The translations under genes were made by a program, and so were the position numbers. Below, piece after piece: positions 9,165 through 16,496 of a stretch of 64,000 nucleotides of DNA. How positions within the stretch are numbered: the first letter of the stretch is position 1; each line of letters opens with the position of its first letter. The stretch lies in IMG/VR virus record IMGVR_UViG_3300047550_003635. The stretch is one strand, 5' to 3'. Origin of the DNA: a virus. Below the pieces are notes generated by a model. It was not told where the DNA came from and made no database searches. It saw only the letters and a program-made list of their open reading frames with translations.

Positions 9165-9446
9165 ATGAAAGTTAAAAATTATATGGACGAATTGCAGACT
9201 GTTCCGCTCAAATATTGTGAATATGACAAGGACCGTAAGGTTCTTAAACTTGCATCAGAATATATCGGTATGCCTAAACAGTTTTTTGTGCATTCTGAAA
9301 AAACAGGCAAGGACGTCCGATTTGTTGTTGTCGGCGAACATGATATTTTATTTGACCAAGACCAATGGGATGGTGAACAACAAATTTATCGCCCAATGGG
9401 TCATGTCCCTACGGTAGACCATCTTGTGATTTACCATCAATATTAA
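9165..9446 (+). CDS. Hypothetical protein
   Basis: ORF after promoter. Confidence 0.6.
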   Translation: MKVKNYMDELQTVPLKYCEYDKDRKVLKLASEYIGMPKQFFVHSEKTGKDVRFVVVGEHDILFDQDQWDGEQQIYRPMGHVPTVDHLVIYHQY

Positions 9447-9457
9447 TAGGAAATAAC

Positions 9458-9775
9458 ATGAAATTTGAAAAAACAAACGGCTCAAATGCAAACGGTACCT
9501 GTTATCAGGATATTGTTTATACTGATTATGAAAGTCTTGTAGGAGTATTTGGTAAGCCCAATTATGGTCCTCTTGAATTTGATGATGGTGATAAAGTGAC
9601 ATGTGAATGGATTCTAAAATTTCAGGATGGCACTATTGCAACCATCTATGATTGGAAAACGTATTCAGGAACTCCGATGGGCACTTATGGCTGGCATATC
9701 GGTGGTTTTGATAAGGATGCATCAATCCGCGTCCGTGAAGCCCTTTTGTTGCATGATAACGTGGTAGCGCAATAA
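9458..9775 (+). CDS. Conserved phage hypothetical protein
   Basis: DKVTCEW...ATIYDWK...WHIGG motif family. Confidence 0.7.
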   Translation: MKFEKTNGSNANGTCYQDIVYTDYESLVGVFGKPNYGPLEFDDGDKVTCEWILKFQDGTIATIYDWKTYSGTPMGTYGWHIGGFDKDASIRVREALLLHDNVVAQ

Positions 9776-9795
9776 AAAATTATGGAGAGAGCCTA

Positions 9796-9824
9796 TTGAC
9801 AAATACTAATTAATTTGATACAAT
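9796..9824 (+). promoter_or_regulatory. Early promoter
   Basis: TTGACA-N17-TACAAT. Confidence 0.75.
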
Positions 9825-9870
9825 GGTTTCTGTAGTTTAAAAATTTAATTTTAATTTTTTGGAGATTGTA

Positions 9871-10134
9871 ATGAAAAAACTTGTGAATGTTGCTGAGGTT
9901 GAAGGTGAAGGTCTGGTTAAACTCATGGGTGAGCGTGTTACCCTGTTTTGCATGAATTACATTTATACAGGGAAGCTGGTTGGTGTCAATGATACTTGTG
10001 TCCTTCTGGAAGATGCTGGTATTGTTTACGAAACTGGCGAATTGACCACCAAGTCTTGGAAAGATATGCAAAAACTTCCGGGCGAGTGGTATGTTTCGAC
10101 CTCGGCTATTGAATCCTTCGGCTTGCTGAAGTAA
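9871..10134 (+). CDS. Sm/LSm (Hfq-like)-fold protein
   Basis: Sm1-like LVKLMGERVTL..YIYTGKLVGVND..VLLEDA and Sm2-like WYVSTSAIESF. Confidence 0.6.
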   Translation: MKKLVNVAEVEGEGLVKLMGERVTLFCMNYIYTGKLVGVNDTCVLLEDAGIVYETGELTTKSWKDMQKLPGEWYVSTSAIESFGLLK

Positions 10135-10162
10135 TTTAATAGAAGTCTATAGGACTTAAAAC

Positions 10163-10197
10163 AAAACAGGTAGAGAAAGAACCTCTACCTGTTTTTT
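10163..10197 (+). terminator. Intrinsic terminator
   Basis: AAAACAGGTAGAG-N7-CTCTACCTGTTTTTT. Confidence 0.75.
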
Positions 10198-10199
10198 AT

Positions 10200-10424
10200 A
10201 TGATAAAAAGTAAAAAACAAAAATATCGGTCTTTGTCTAGGTCTAAATCTTGGTCTGGGTCTTTGTCTAGGTCTGAGTCTGGGTCTGGGTCTGAGTCTTG
10301 GTCTTTGTCTAGGTCTAGGTCTGGGTCTAGGTCTTGGTTCGGGTCTTTGTCTGGGTCTTGGTCTTGGTATGGGTCTGGGTCTAAATCTTGGTCTTGGTCT
10401 GGGTCGGGTAAAAATTCTGCTTGA
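10200..10424 (+). CDS. Ser-alternating repeat micro-protein, copy 3 (74 aa)
   Basis: MIKSKKQKYR-(SX)n-GKNSA*. Confidence 0.6.
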   Translation: MIKSKKQKYRSLSRSKSWSGSLSRSESGSGSESWSLSRSRSGSRSWFGSLSGSWSWYGSGSKSWSWSGSGKNSA

Positions 10425-10449
10425 CATTTACCGATTAAAAGCGTATTAT
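10421..10449 (+). promoter_or_regulatory. Early promoter
   Basis: TTGACA-N17-TATTAT. Confidence 0.8.
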
Positions 10450-10491
10450 TACTCCAATAGTCCTTTACTGATTGATTAAACGGAGTCCGAT

Positions 10492-10746
10492 ATGCGAACC
10501 AAGCAAATATATGAATCGTTCAAAAATTCACAGAAAATTCGAATTATGGTGAATGGTTTTGGCATGTATATGCAAATCAAGGACATTCCCAATATTTGCA
10601 CGACTATTCATCGTGTCGCTGTAGAGGCTACATTGGTTGAAATGGATATGTTTAATAGTCTTGGACTGGGTAAAACGATAACAGTTTATGATAGTAAAAT
10701 GAATCCTGTTAGCGTTGATGTTCAGATTGATTTGGTTGAGGAATAG
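10492..10746 (+). CDS. Hypothetical protein
   Basis: GGAG RBS. Confidence 0.65.
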   Translation: MRTKQIYESFKNSQKIRIMVNGFGMYMQIKDIPNICTTIHRVAVEATLVEMDMFNSLGLGKTITVYDSKMNPVSVDVQIDLVEE

Positions 10747-10750
10747 AAAA

Positions 10751-11005
10751 ATGATTAAACTGTCAGAAAATAAAACTGCTCTAATTAATTTGGAAAGCAC
10801 AATTTCGGCATTGGAAAATATTGCCGAATTGATTAAAATGTATGAAGTGGACAAGCCGGGTCCCGCATATTGCCTATTTAGGTATGCCGAAGGTATTCCC
10901 GTTACCGAGGTGCAATTTGACCGACAAATTATGGTCGATGCATTGTATGCACAGCGATTGGTTTTGATTGATTATTTGGCTAATTTGGGTATTGATGCAT
11001 CATGA
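10751..11005 (+). CDS. Hypothetical protein
   Basis: GAGGA RBS. Confidence 0.6.
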   Translation: MIKLSENKTALINLESTISALENIAELIKMYEVDKPGPAYCLFRYAEGIPVTEVQFDRQIMVDALYAQRLVLIDYLANLGIDAS

Positions 11006-11172
11006 AGCGCAGTAAAAAACAAAAATATATGTCTTGGTCTAGGTCTGGGTATGGGTATAGGTCTAGGTCTTGGTCCGGGTCTAGGTCTTGGTCTTGGTCT
11101 GAGTCTAGGTCTTGGTCTAGGTCTTGGTCTTGGTCTGGGTCTAAATCTTGGTCTTGGTCTTTGTCTGGGTAA
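11002..11172 (+). CDS. Ser-alternating repeat micro-protein, copy 4 (56 aa)
   Basis: MKRSKKQKYM-(SX)n*; ATGA overlap with upstream stop; missed by ORF track. Confidence 0.6.
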   Translation: MKRSKKQKYMSWSRSGYGYRSRSWSGSRSWSWSESRSWSRSWSWSGSKSWSWSLSG

Positions 11173-11188
11173 AAATAGTGTTTAATCT

Positions 11189-11377
11189 ATGTTAAAAAGT
11201 AAAAAACAAAGATATCGGTCTTGGTCTGAGTCTGGGTCTAGGTCTGGGTCTGGGTATTGGTCTTTGTCTTGGTCTAGGTCTGGGTCTTGGTCTGGGTCTG
11301 GGTCGGGATCTTGGTCTTGGTCTTGGTCTGGGTCTGAGCCTGAGTCTGCGTCTAGGTCGGGTAAAAATTCTGCTTGA
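11189..11377 (+). CDS. Ser-alternating repeat micro-protein, copy 5 (62 aa)
   Basis: MLKSKKQRYR-(SX)n-GKNSA*. Confidence 0.6.
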   Translation: MLKSKKQRYRSWSESGSRSGSGYWSLSWSRSGSWSGSGSGSWSWSWSGSEPESASRSGKNSA

Positions 11378-11402
11378 CAAATACCGATTAATTGTCTATA
11401 AT
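11374..11402 (+). promoter_or_regulatory. Early promoter
   Basis: TTGACA-N17-TATAAT. Confidence 0.85.
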
Positions 11403-11429
11403 GATTCCATACTGATTAGGAAAAGCCAA

Positions 11430-11621
11430 ATGAATGTTTATATTGTGTCATGTTCTAAATTTACCATGCCTTTGGGTGTATATTCTACTGAAGCCGATGC
11501 TGAGAATTCCCTTGCTGCTTTTATGAAAAAATACCCGTCCTATAGTGCAAATTATGAGGTTTCCGAGTATATTTTGGGTGCTCCTGCTGCTTTTAATCCT
11601 TCGTCAGCCGTTGTTGAGTAA
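11430..11621 (+). CDS. Hypothetical protein
   Basis: M.VYIV...LGVYST motif, similar to 12024 gene. Confidence 0.65.
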   Translation: MNVYIVSCSKFTMPLGVYSTEADAENSLAAFMKKYPSYSANYEVSEYILGAPAAFNPSSAVVE

Positions 11622-11862
11622 AAAAATCATGCGAAAAAAATGGCGTATTATTAGTAAAAATACTCATTCTCAAATTATAATGAAAGCCGGGGCTTCCAGA
11701 GTAGCCATGTCCTCAAAAGAAAGCCGAGTATTTTCACCAATGCGAAATACCGATATAAACCCCAATGATTGGTCAGAATTACTCAAAAAAGCTATGATAC
11801 AGACCATTCGTTTCCGTAATGAATTCTATAGATAATATACGGAATTGACCAAAAATCCGCGG

Positions 11863-11881
11863 AATGATAATGATTCTCATT
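11863..11881. promoter_or_regulatory. Fur box
   Basis: AATGATAATGATTCTCATT, one mismatch from the 9-1-9 Fur inverted repeat. Confidence 0.65.
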
Positions 11882-11963
11882 CATAATTGATGATTTATAT
11901 TAAAGTGACGAAAATACGACATGTTGTAAAAAAACAACACTTTTCCGAAAATAAACGGTACCA

Positions 11964-11992
11964 TTGACAAATACTGATTAATTTGCTATTAT
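11964..11992 (+). promoter_or_regulatory. Early promoter
   Basis: TTGACA-N17-TATTAT. Confidence 0.8.
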
Positions 11993-12023
11993 TACTCCAT
12001 ACTGATTGATTAAAGGAATTCCG

Positions 12024-12209
12024 ATGAAAGTTTACGTGGTTGCCGATTTTATTGAATATGAAGGTTATTCTGAGCCGTTGGGTGTATTTGCGACCTGTGA
12101 AGAGGCTCAAGCCTATGTGAAATACCTTGGGGACAAAGGTGCTGGCGATATTCTTGATATTTTCGAGCGTGAATTGGGTAAATTTTATCGGGATGGTTCG
12201 GTGGCTTAG
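12024..12209 (+). CDS. Hypothetical protein
   Basis: AAGGA RBS; MKVYVV..LGVFAT..EA motif. Confidence 0.65.
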   Translation: MKVYVVADFIEYEGYSEPLGVFATCEEAQAYVKYLGDKGAGDILDIFERELGKFYRDGSVA

Positions 12210-12222
12210 AATTAAAAACCAC

Positions 12223-12251
12223 TTGACATTTACCGATTAATTGTCTATAAT
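12223..12251 (+). promoter_or_regulatory. Early promoter
   Basis: TTGACA-N17-TATAAT. Confidence 0.85.
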
Positions 12252-12283
12252 TACTCCATACTGATTGATAACGGAGATACCCC

Positions 12284-13003
12284 ATGAAATTGCTTACTAC
12301 TGCGAATACTAAAACCCTCAAATCGAACGGTCTTGGTTATATTACTGCGGTTCTCCACTTGTCTCCCGCTGCTACCTCTGGTTTCCAAGTGTGCCCGAAA
12401 GCCTCTGAAGGGTGCAAAATGTCATGTCTGGCCTTTGCTGGTCGAGGCGTTTTCTCTACTGTTCAAAAAGCACGGATTGAAAAGACAAAATACTTTTTTC
12501 AGAACCGCGAAGCCTTTATGGCGCAATTGGTCAAGGAAGTAGAATCCTTCGTCAAAAAGGCTGCTAAACTTGACGCTATTCCTGCCATTCGCTTGAATAC
12601 TCTGTCGGATTTGCCCTTCTATAAATTCCGTGTTACTCGCGCTGGTGTTGAGTATCGTAACATCATGGACGCATTCCCCAATGTTCAATTCTATGATTAT
12701 ACTGCGGTGGTTTCAAAGGCTGGTGCTAGTATTTCCAACTACCACTTGACATTTTCCCGCAAGGAAAGCAACCAGGCTGATGTGGAGAAAGCGATTAAAC
12801 TTGGCTATAATGTGACAGTGGTTTTCGATATTGCCAAGACTGCACCGCTTCCTGCGACGTATATGGGATTGCCTGTTATTTCGGGCGATAACGATGATGC
12901 CCGCTTCCTTGACCCGAAAGGGGTAATCGTTGGTCTCTATATCAAAGGTACCAATAAAGCTAAACAAGCGGCTCGGGACTCTGGTTTCGCGGTTTCTGTT
13001 TAA
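12284..13003 (+). CDS. GP88-family phage protein (Cys-cluster, radical-SAM-like)
   Basis: VCPKASEGCKMSCL..GRG, RLN..SD, FYDYT, YHLTFS motifs. Confidence 0.7.
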   Translation: MKLLTTANTKTLKSNGLGYITAVLHLSPAATSGFQVCPKASEGCKMSCLAFAGRGVFSTVQKARIEKTKYFFQNREAFMAQLVKEVESFVKKAAKLDAIPAIRLNTLSDLPFYKFRVTRAGVEYRNIMDAFPNVQFYDYTAVVSKAGASISNYHLTFSRKESNQADVEKAIKLGYNVTVVFDIAKTAPLPATYMGLPVISGDNDDARFLDPKGVIVGLYIKGTNKAKQAARDSGFAVSV

Positions 13004-13016
13004 AATCAGTCACTTA

Positions 13017-13032
13017 TGTTTCACGTGAAACA
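13017..13032. promoter_or_regulatory. parS centromere-like site
   Basis: Perfect 16-bp palindrome TGTTTCACGTGAAACA, intergenic. Confidence 0.75.
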
Positions 13033-13055
13033 ATTTCCGATAAACCACTTGACAA

Positions 13056-13244
13056 ATGATAAAATCCAAAAAACAAAAATATCGGTCTTGGTTTAGGTCT
13101 GGGTTTAGGTCTGGGTCTTGGTCTGGGTCTTGGTCTTGGTCTAGGTCTTGGTCTTGGTCTTGGTCTTTGTCTGGGTCTTTGTCTGGGTCTTGGTCTGGAT
13201 CTAGGTCTGGGTCTTGGTCTGGGTCGGGTAAAAATTCTACTTGA
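13056..13244 (+). CDS. Ser-alternating repeat micro-protein, copy 6 (62 aa)
   Basis: MIKSKKQKYR-(SX)n-GKNST*. Confidence 0.55.
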   Translation: MIKSKKQKYRSWFRSGFRSGSWSGSWSWSRSWSWSWSLSGSLSGSWSGSRSGSWSGSGKNST

Positions 13245-13269
13245 CAAATACCGATTAAAAGCGTATTAT
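13241..13269 (+). promoter_or_regulatory. Early promoter
   Basis: TTGACA-N17-TATTAT. Confidence 0.8.
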
Positions 13270-13300
13270 TACTCCATACTGATTAATACGGAGCTACCAA

Positions 13301-13504
13301 ATGCAAAAACTGTCCAAAAAGACTACCCGCGAATTGTCTAAACTGTTCAATTCCTGCTCGGTTTTTACTACCATGGCTAAGGATGCGATTCTGGAAGAAA
13401 ACTACGATTTGGGTGAAAGAGCCATGGTGTGGCACAATGAAGCAGCTAACGAATTGGCCAAGTATGGAATCTCGGTTGTCAAATTTAACGTGGGAAATCG
13501 ATAA
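13301..13504 (+). CDS. Hypothetical protein
   Basis: GGAG RBS. Confidence 0.65.
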   Translation: MQKLSKKTTRELSKLFNSCSVFTTMAKDAILEENYDLGERAMVWHNEAANELAKYGISVVKFNVGNR

Positions 13505-13677
13505 TGACCGTCGCAAACGTAGCATATATCGCATCCAAGGGTAACCTGAAACTGTTCTCCCTTGGCAATTACCAGTATCAAATCTGCAAATTTACCAATG
13601 GCAACGTGAACACCGTCAAAAACCTCTATGGCTATGACCTTGACCGTGCGTTGGACACTCTGAAAGCGATGGGCTAA
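13504..13677 (+). CDS. Hypothetical protein (57 aa)
   Basis: TAATG coupling; read by hand. Confidence 0.55.
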   Translation: MTVANVAYIASKGNLKLFSLGNYQYQICKFTNGNVNTVKNLYGYDLDRALDTLKAMG

Positions 13678-13959
13678 TGGTCGAAAATCTTAAAGTGGCT
13701 CTGATGGTAGCCGTGGTGCTGCCGGTTGCATGGTTTTCATTGTGCGTCCTGTTCAGTCTTGGCGGCGGTATGTGATTGAACAGTGAAAATATGGTGGAAA
13801 TAGTCGGAAATACAGTCACCAGAGTCTCATCCAAGCAGGTCTACTTGTGCAAAGCAACCTTATGGCATCGAATGGACGGATTTTTTTCGGTATGGACGGA
13901 TTCTAAAATTTTTTTTTGGCCAAAAATACGCTAAAAATATCAATAACTTACAGCATCTA

Positions 13960-13988
13960 TTGACATTATACACATTATTTGTTATACT
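13960..13988 (+). promoter_or_regulatory. Early promoter with IHF box (13938-13950)
   Basis: TTGACA-N17-TATACT. Confidence 0.75.
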
Positions 13989-14021
13989 GACTTCGAAATA
14001 ATTACTCTATAAGGTTTTTTA

Positions 14022-14177
14022 ATGAAATATATCGCTTCTTTTGCACTATTGATTTTCTGGATTGCGGGTATTGTTATCGCAAAGGGCTTTTGGTCGACGT
14101 TTTTTGCTATTATTGTTCCTTTCTGGGCTTATTATCTGACAATTGAAATGCTTATCATCAAATTTATTGGACTATAA
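14022..14177 (+). CDS. Small membrane protein (51 aa)
   Basis: Hydrophobic ORF, read by hand. Confidence 0.55.
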   Translation: MKYIASFALLIFWIAGIVIAKGFWSTFFAIIVPFWAYYLTIEMLIIKFIGL

Positions 14178-14178
14178 C

Positions 14179-14589
14179 ATGAAAACTCTGAAATTCTCTA
14201 AAAATAGCTGGCATTATAAACTTGCACGATTTGGTGATGAATTTGAATGTCGTGATTTGTCAAATATCTGCTCCTATACACGTGCATTTCTCTGGGGCAC
14301 ACTTCTATTTTTACTTTTTGTTGCGTTTATGCTTGGTGTCATCGTTATGCATGGCGAAGCAATCGGCTATTTCGCTGCAATGATTGCACAGGGAACATGG
14401 ATTATACCTGATACTTTCGCGGGCGTTTGTCTGATGCTATATTGCGCTCTTTTCACTATCTGGTTTTTTACTCGCGCACACATAATCGTCACTGAACATA
14501 AATTTAAAGAGGATAACTTTATTATCAATGCATACCATTCATTCAAAGACAAATATTGTGTTCGCATCGAGGTAAAAGATGAAGTTTAA
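14179..14589 (+). CDS. Membrane protein, conserved phage hypothetical
   Basis: SWHYKL..ICSY, two TM segments, KDKYC. Confidence 0.65.
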   Translation: MKTLKFSKNSWHYKLARFGDEFECRDLSNICSYTRAFLWGTLLFLLFVAFMLGVIVMHGEAIGYFAAMIAQGTWIIPDTFAGVCLMLYCALFTIWFFTRAHIIVTEHKFKEDNFIINAYHSFKDKYCVRIEVKDEV

Positions 14590-14803
14590 ACATGCAAAAC
14601 ATGGCGATACAATACCATGGAAAAGAAAATTTGCACTGTTACCCAAAACAGTCTGGAGTAGTATCGATGAAAGAACATATACAATCTGGCTTGATTATTA
14701 TTTTGAAAAGAAAACTTATCGTGTAAGAAATCGCCCCACTAAATTTGGTTATTCAATCGAATGTGGTGATTGGGATACTTTTCGTAAAATGGAAATCGAA
14801 TGA
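14579..14803 (+). CDS. Hypothetical protein
   Basis: Overlap-coupled ORF. Confidence 0.6.
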   Translation: MKFKHAKHGDTIPWKRKFALLPKTVWSSIDERTYTIWLDYYFEKKTYRVRNRPTKFGYSIECGDWDTFRKMEIE

Positions 14804-15327
14804 ACGAAAAACTTGAAAATGCTTTGCTTGAAAAATATCCTTTGATGTTTGAAGGATATACACAAGGATTTGCTTGTGGCGATGGATGGTATTATCTGAT
14901 TGATACTCTCTGTGGGTCAATTACTGTTGATATCGAACAAAAGAAACGCGATGTTGCATTTCACCAAAAAATGCTGGATGAACAAAATCGGTCGGATTGG
15001 ACACCATATATGCGCGAAATTTGGACACCCGAAAAACTGATTCCAAAAATCGAAGCATATGAACAATCGAAAAAAATTCGTGTTGCACAAGTAAAAGAGA
15101 AATTTGGTGGATTGCGATTTTATGTTGACAATTCTACCAAAGAACAAAATATCAAAATTGCATTTGCCGAAGATATGAGTTATCGTATCTGTGAGGATTG
15201 TGGAACTATGGAAAACGTTATGCGATATCCTCTTGGTTGGGTTCGGTCACTTTGCAATAAACATGCAAATTCAGCTTATGGTAAAAATAAAGCTGAGAAA
15301 TATCGGAATGAACAAAAATGCCTATAA
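14800..15327 (+). CDS. Conserved phage hypothetical (QVKEKFGGLRFY family, Zn-binding)
   Basis: CGDGW, QVKEKFGGLRFY, CEDCG..LC. Confidence 0.75.
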   Translation: MNEKLENALLEKYPLMFEGYTQGFACGDGWYYLIDTLCGSITVDIEQKKRDVAFHQKMLDEQNRSDWTPYMREIWTPEKLIPKIEAYEQSKKIRVAQVKEKFGGLRFYVDNSTKEQNIKIAFAEDMSYRICEDCGTMENVMRYPLGWVRSLCNKHANSAYGKNKAEKYRNEQKCL

Positions 15328-15454
15328 CTTTTCATATAGCACTTCTCTGCCTATTTTCTGCATGGTTGATTAATAAGGTCGACCCTAATGATAATGAACA
15401 TTTCTGGACTAATATTACTCTATCGGTAATCTTACTGATACAGACAAATCTCTC

Positions 15455-15483
15455 TTGACAGGTAATATTTTTTTTGCTATAAT
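15455..15483 (+). promoter_or_regulatory. Early promoter
   Basis: TTGACA-N17-TATAAT. Confidence 0.75.
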
Positions 15484-15819
15484 AACTGTGTCAGAAGAAA
15501 AGAAAAAAGGAATTAATACTATATGTCTGAAATGGTCTGGGTTATGATAGCAGTATTCAGTATGGGTCATGTTACAGTCGTTGATAATATTGTATCTCAA
15601 AACGAATGTAACATTTTAGCTAACAAGATGAAAATGGTATATGAAAAAGAAGTCAAAAAAGCAGAATGCTTTGCAGTCAAAAAAGCAAAATGAAGTAATC
15701 GAAACTTATATCGAAAATGGTATAAAGATTACTGTTTATAAATCTCAATATCCTCGATTGGAAGAACTGACATTTCCACGCCAGAAAGAGTTTATTGAAT
15801 ATTTTGTTAAGGATTAATT

Positions 15820-16014
15820 ATGGGTGATGATAACGCACGTTGGTTTACTAATTTCGCTGGTTGTATTGGTATTGTAAAAGTGATTGACGAATACGATGGA
15901 GTGAAGTATTATATCTCTGCTGTTCAGGGATTAGATGTTGAAGAAGATATTGATTATATTCAGAAATTTGGTGCAAGTTTTCCTAAAGCTGCTGGTGACG
16001 TTCTTTTTAATTAA
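15820..16014 (+). CDS. Hypothetical protein
   Basis: AAGGA RBS. Confidence 0.6.
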   Translation: MGDDNARWFTNFAGCIGIVKVIDEYDGVKYYISAVQGLDVEEDIDYIQKFGASFPKAAGDVLFN

Positions 16015-16028
16015 TAGGAGTTTATATT

Positions 16029-16484
16029 ATGGGTCTTGATATGTATTTGAAAGCGAATCGGTATCTTTCTCAATTTGATGATGAAGAAAATAAGATTAGC
16101 GAAAAAGTAAAAGAACTTTTGCCTACTATGCCGGGTAGAATCAATGTGCTTGAATCTGAAGCTATCTATTGGCGTAAAGCAAATGCTATTCATAAATGGT
16201 TTGTTGATAATGTTCAAGAAGGTAAAGATGATTGTGGCAGTTATTATGTTTCACAAGATAACTTGAGAGAACTTAAGGATATCTGTGAAAGGGTTCTTGC
16301 GGATAATTCACTTGCCGAAGAATTGTTGCCATCACAGTCTGGTTTCTTTTTTGGTGGAACAGATTATGATGAATGGTATTTTAAAGATTTGAAATTTACG
16401 GCTGAAGAAATTGGTAAACTGTTGAAGATTCATGAAAATGAGAATTATTCGGCATGGTCTTATGAATATCATTCTTCATGGTAA
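16029..16484 (+). CDS. Conserved phage hypothetical (MGLDMYL family)
   Basis: YWRKANAIHKWF, GFFFGGTDYDEWY motifs. Confidence 0.75.
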   Translation: MGLDMYLKANRYLSQFDDEENKISEKVKELLPTMPGRINVLESEAIYWRKANAIHKWFVDNVQEGKDDCGSYYVSQDNLRELKDICERVLADNSLAEELLPSQSGFFFGGTDYDEWYFKDLKFTAEEIGKLLKIHENENYSAWSYEYHSSW

Positions 16485-16496
16485 AAGGATAAAATA

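Noticed and set aside
11545-11835. 96-aa ORF before the Fur box
   Set aside because: It overlaps the upstream gene, has no clear RBS or motif, and the region looks regulatory; left uncalled.
12745-12775. TTGACA inside the GP88 gene as a promoter
   Set aside because: No -10 hexamer at 16-18 bp.
7368-13230. GGTCT repeat tracts as CRISPR arrays or DGR variable repeats
   Set aside because: There is no repeat-spacer alternation, no cas or reverse transcriptase gene in the window, and variation is not adenine-specific; they are hexamer tandem repeats.
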